From Vermamoeba vermiformis (taxonomy: Eukaryota): DNA of 64,000 nucleotides. The position numbers were made by a program, and so were the translations under genes. Shown piece by piece: positions 63,962 through 64,000 of the stretch. The notes beneath the pieces are model-generated. The model was not told the origin of the DNA, made no database searches, and saw nothing but the letters and a program-made list of their open reading frames with translations. The DNA lies in NCBI GenBank assembly GCA_045837725.1, contig JBEWZL010000235.1, positions 248,001 through 312,000 of the forward strand, in the 5' to 3' direction. Positions within the stretch are counted from its first letter, which is position 1. The number at the start of each line of letters is the position of its first letter.

Positions 63962-64000
63962 TAGTATTATGACATATATTAGTATTTATGAAGCTATTAT

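Overview
This is gene-dense nuclear DNA from a microbial eukaryote. It has short AT-rich GT-AG introns with CTAA/CTGA branch points, and the spliced reading frames I assembled fit the standard genetic code. The gene content looks amoebozoan: a CRT-like transporter, an F-box/SH2/ankyrin protein, a C2-CaMK kinase and TOM1/GPR137-like 7TM proteins. I manually spliced about 22 protein-coding genes, two of them truncated by the window edges; exon boundaries and family assignments come from reading the sequence, not from database searches. I recognised no tRNA, rRNA, CRISPR array or transposon. Highlights are: (1) an intron-located 12-bp palindrome, TGACACGTGTCA, with six exact copies and many TGACA-NN-TGTCA variants across unrelated genes; (2) an apparent chimera of a Miro-like EF-hand module, helical repeats, a SPRY domain and a tail anchor; (3) a predicted GPI-anchored surface protein with about 35 Cys-rich repeats on symmetric duplicated exons and a bacterial-looking N-terminal domain; (4) many cullin-adaptor genes fused to bacterial- or virus-like domains; (5) two TOM1-like 7TM proteins with different ectodomains.
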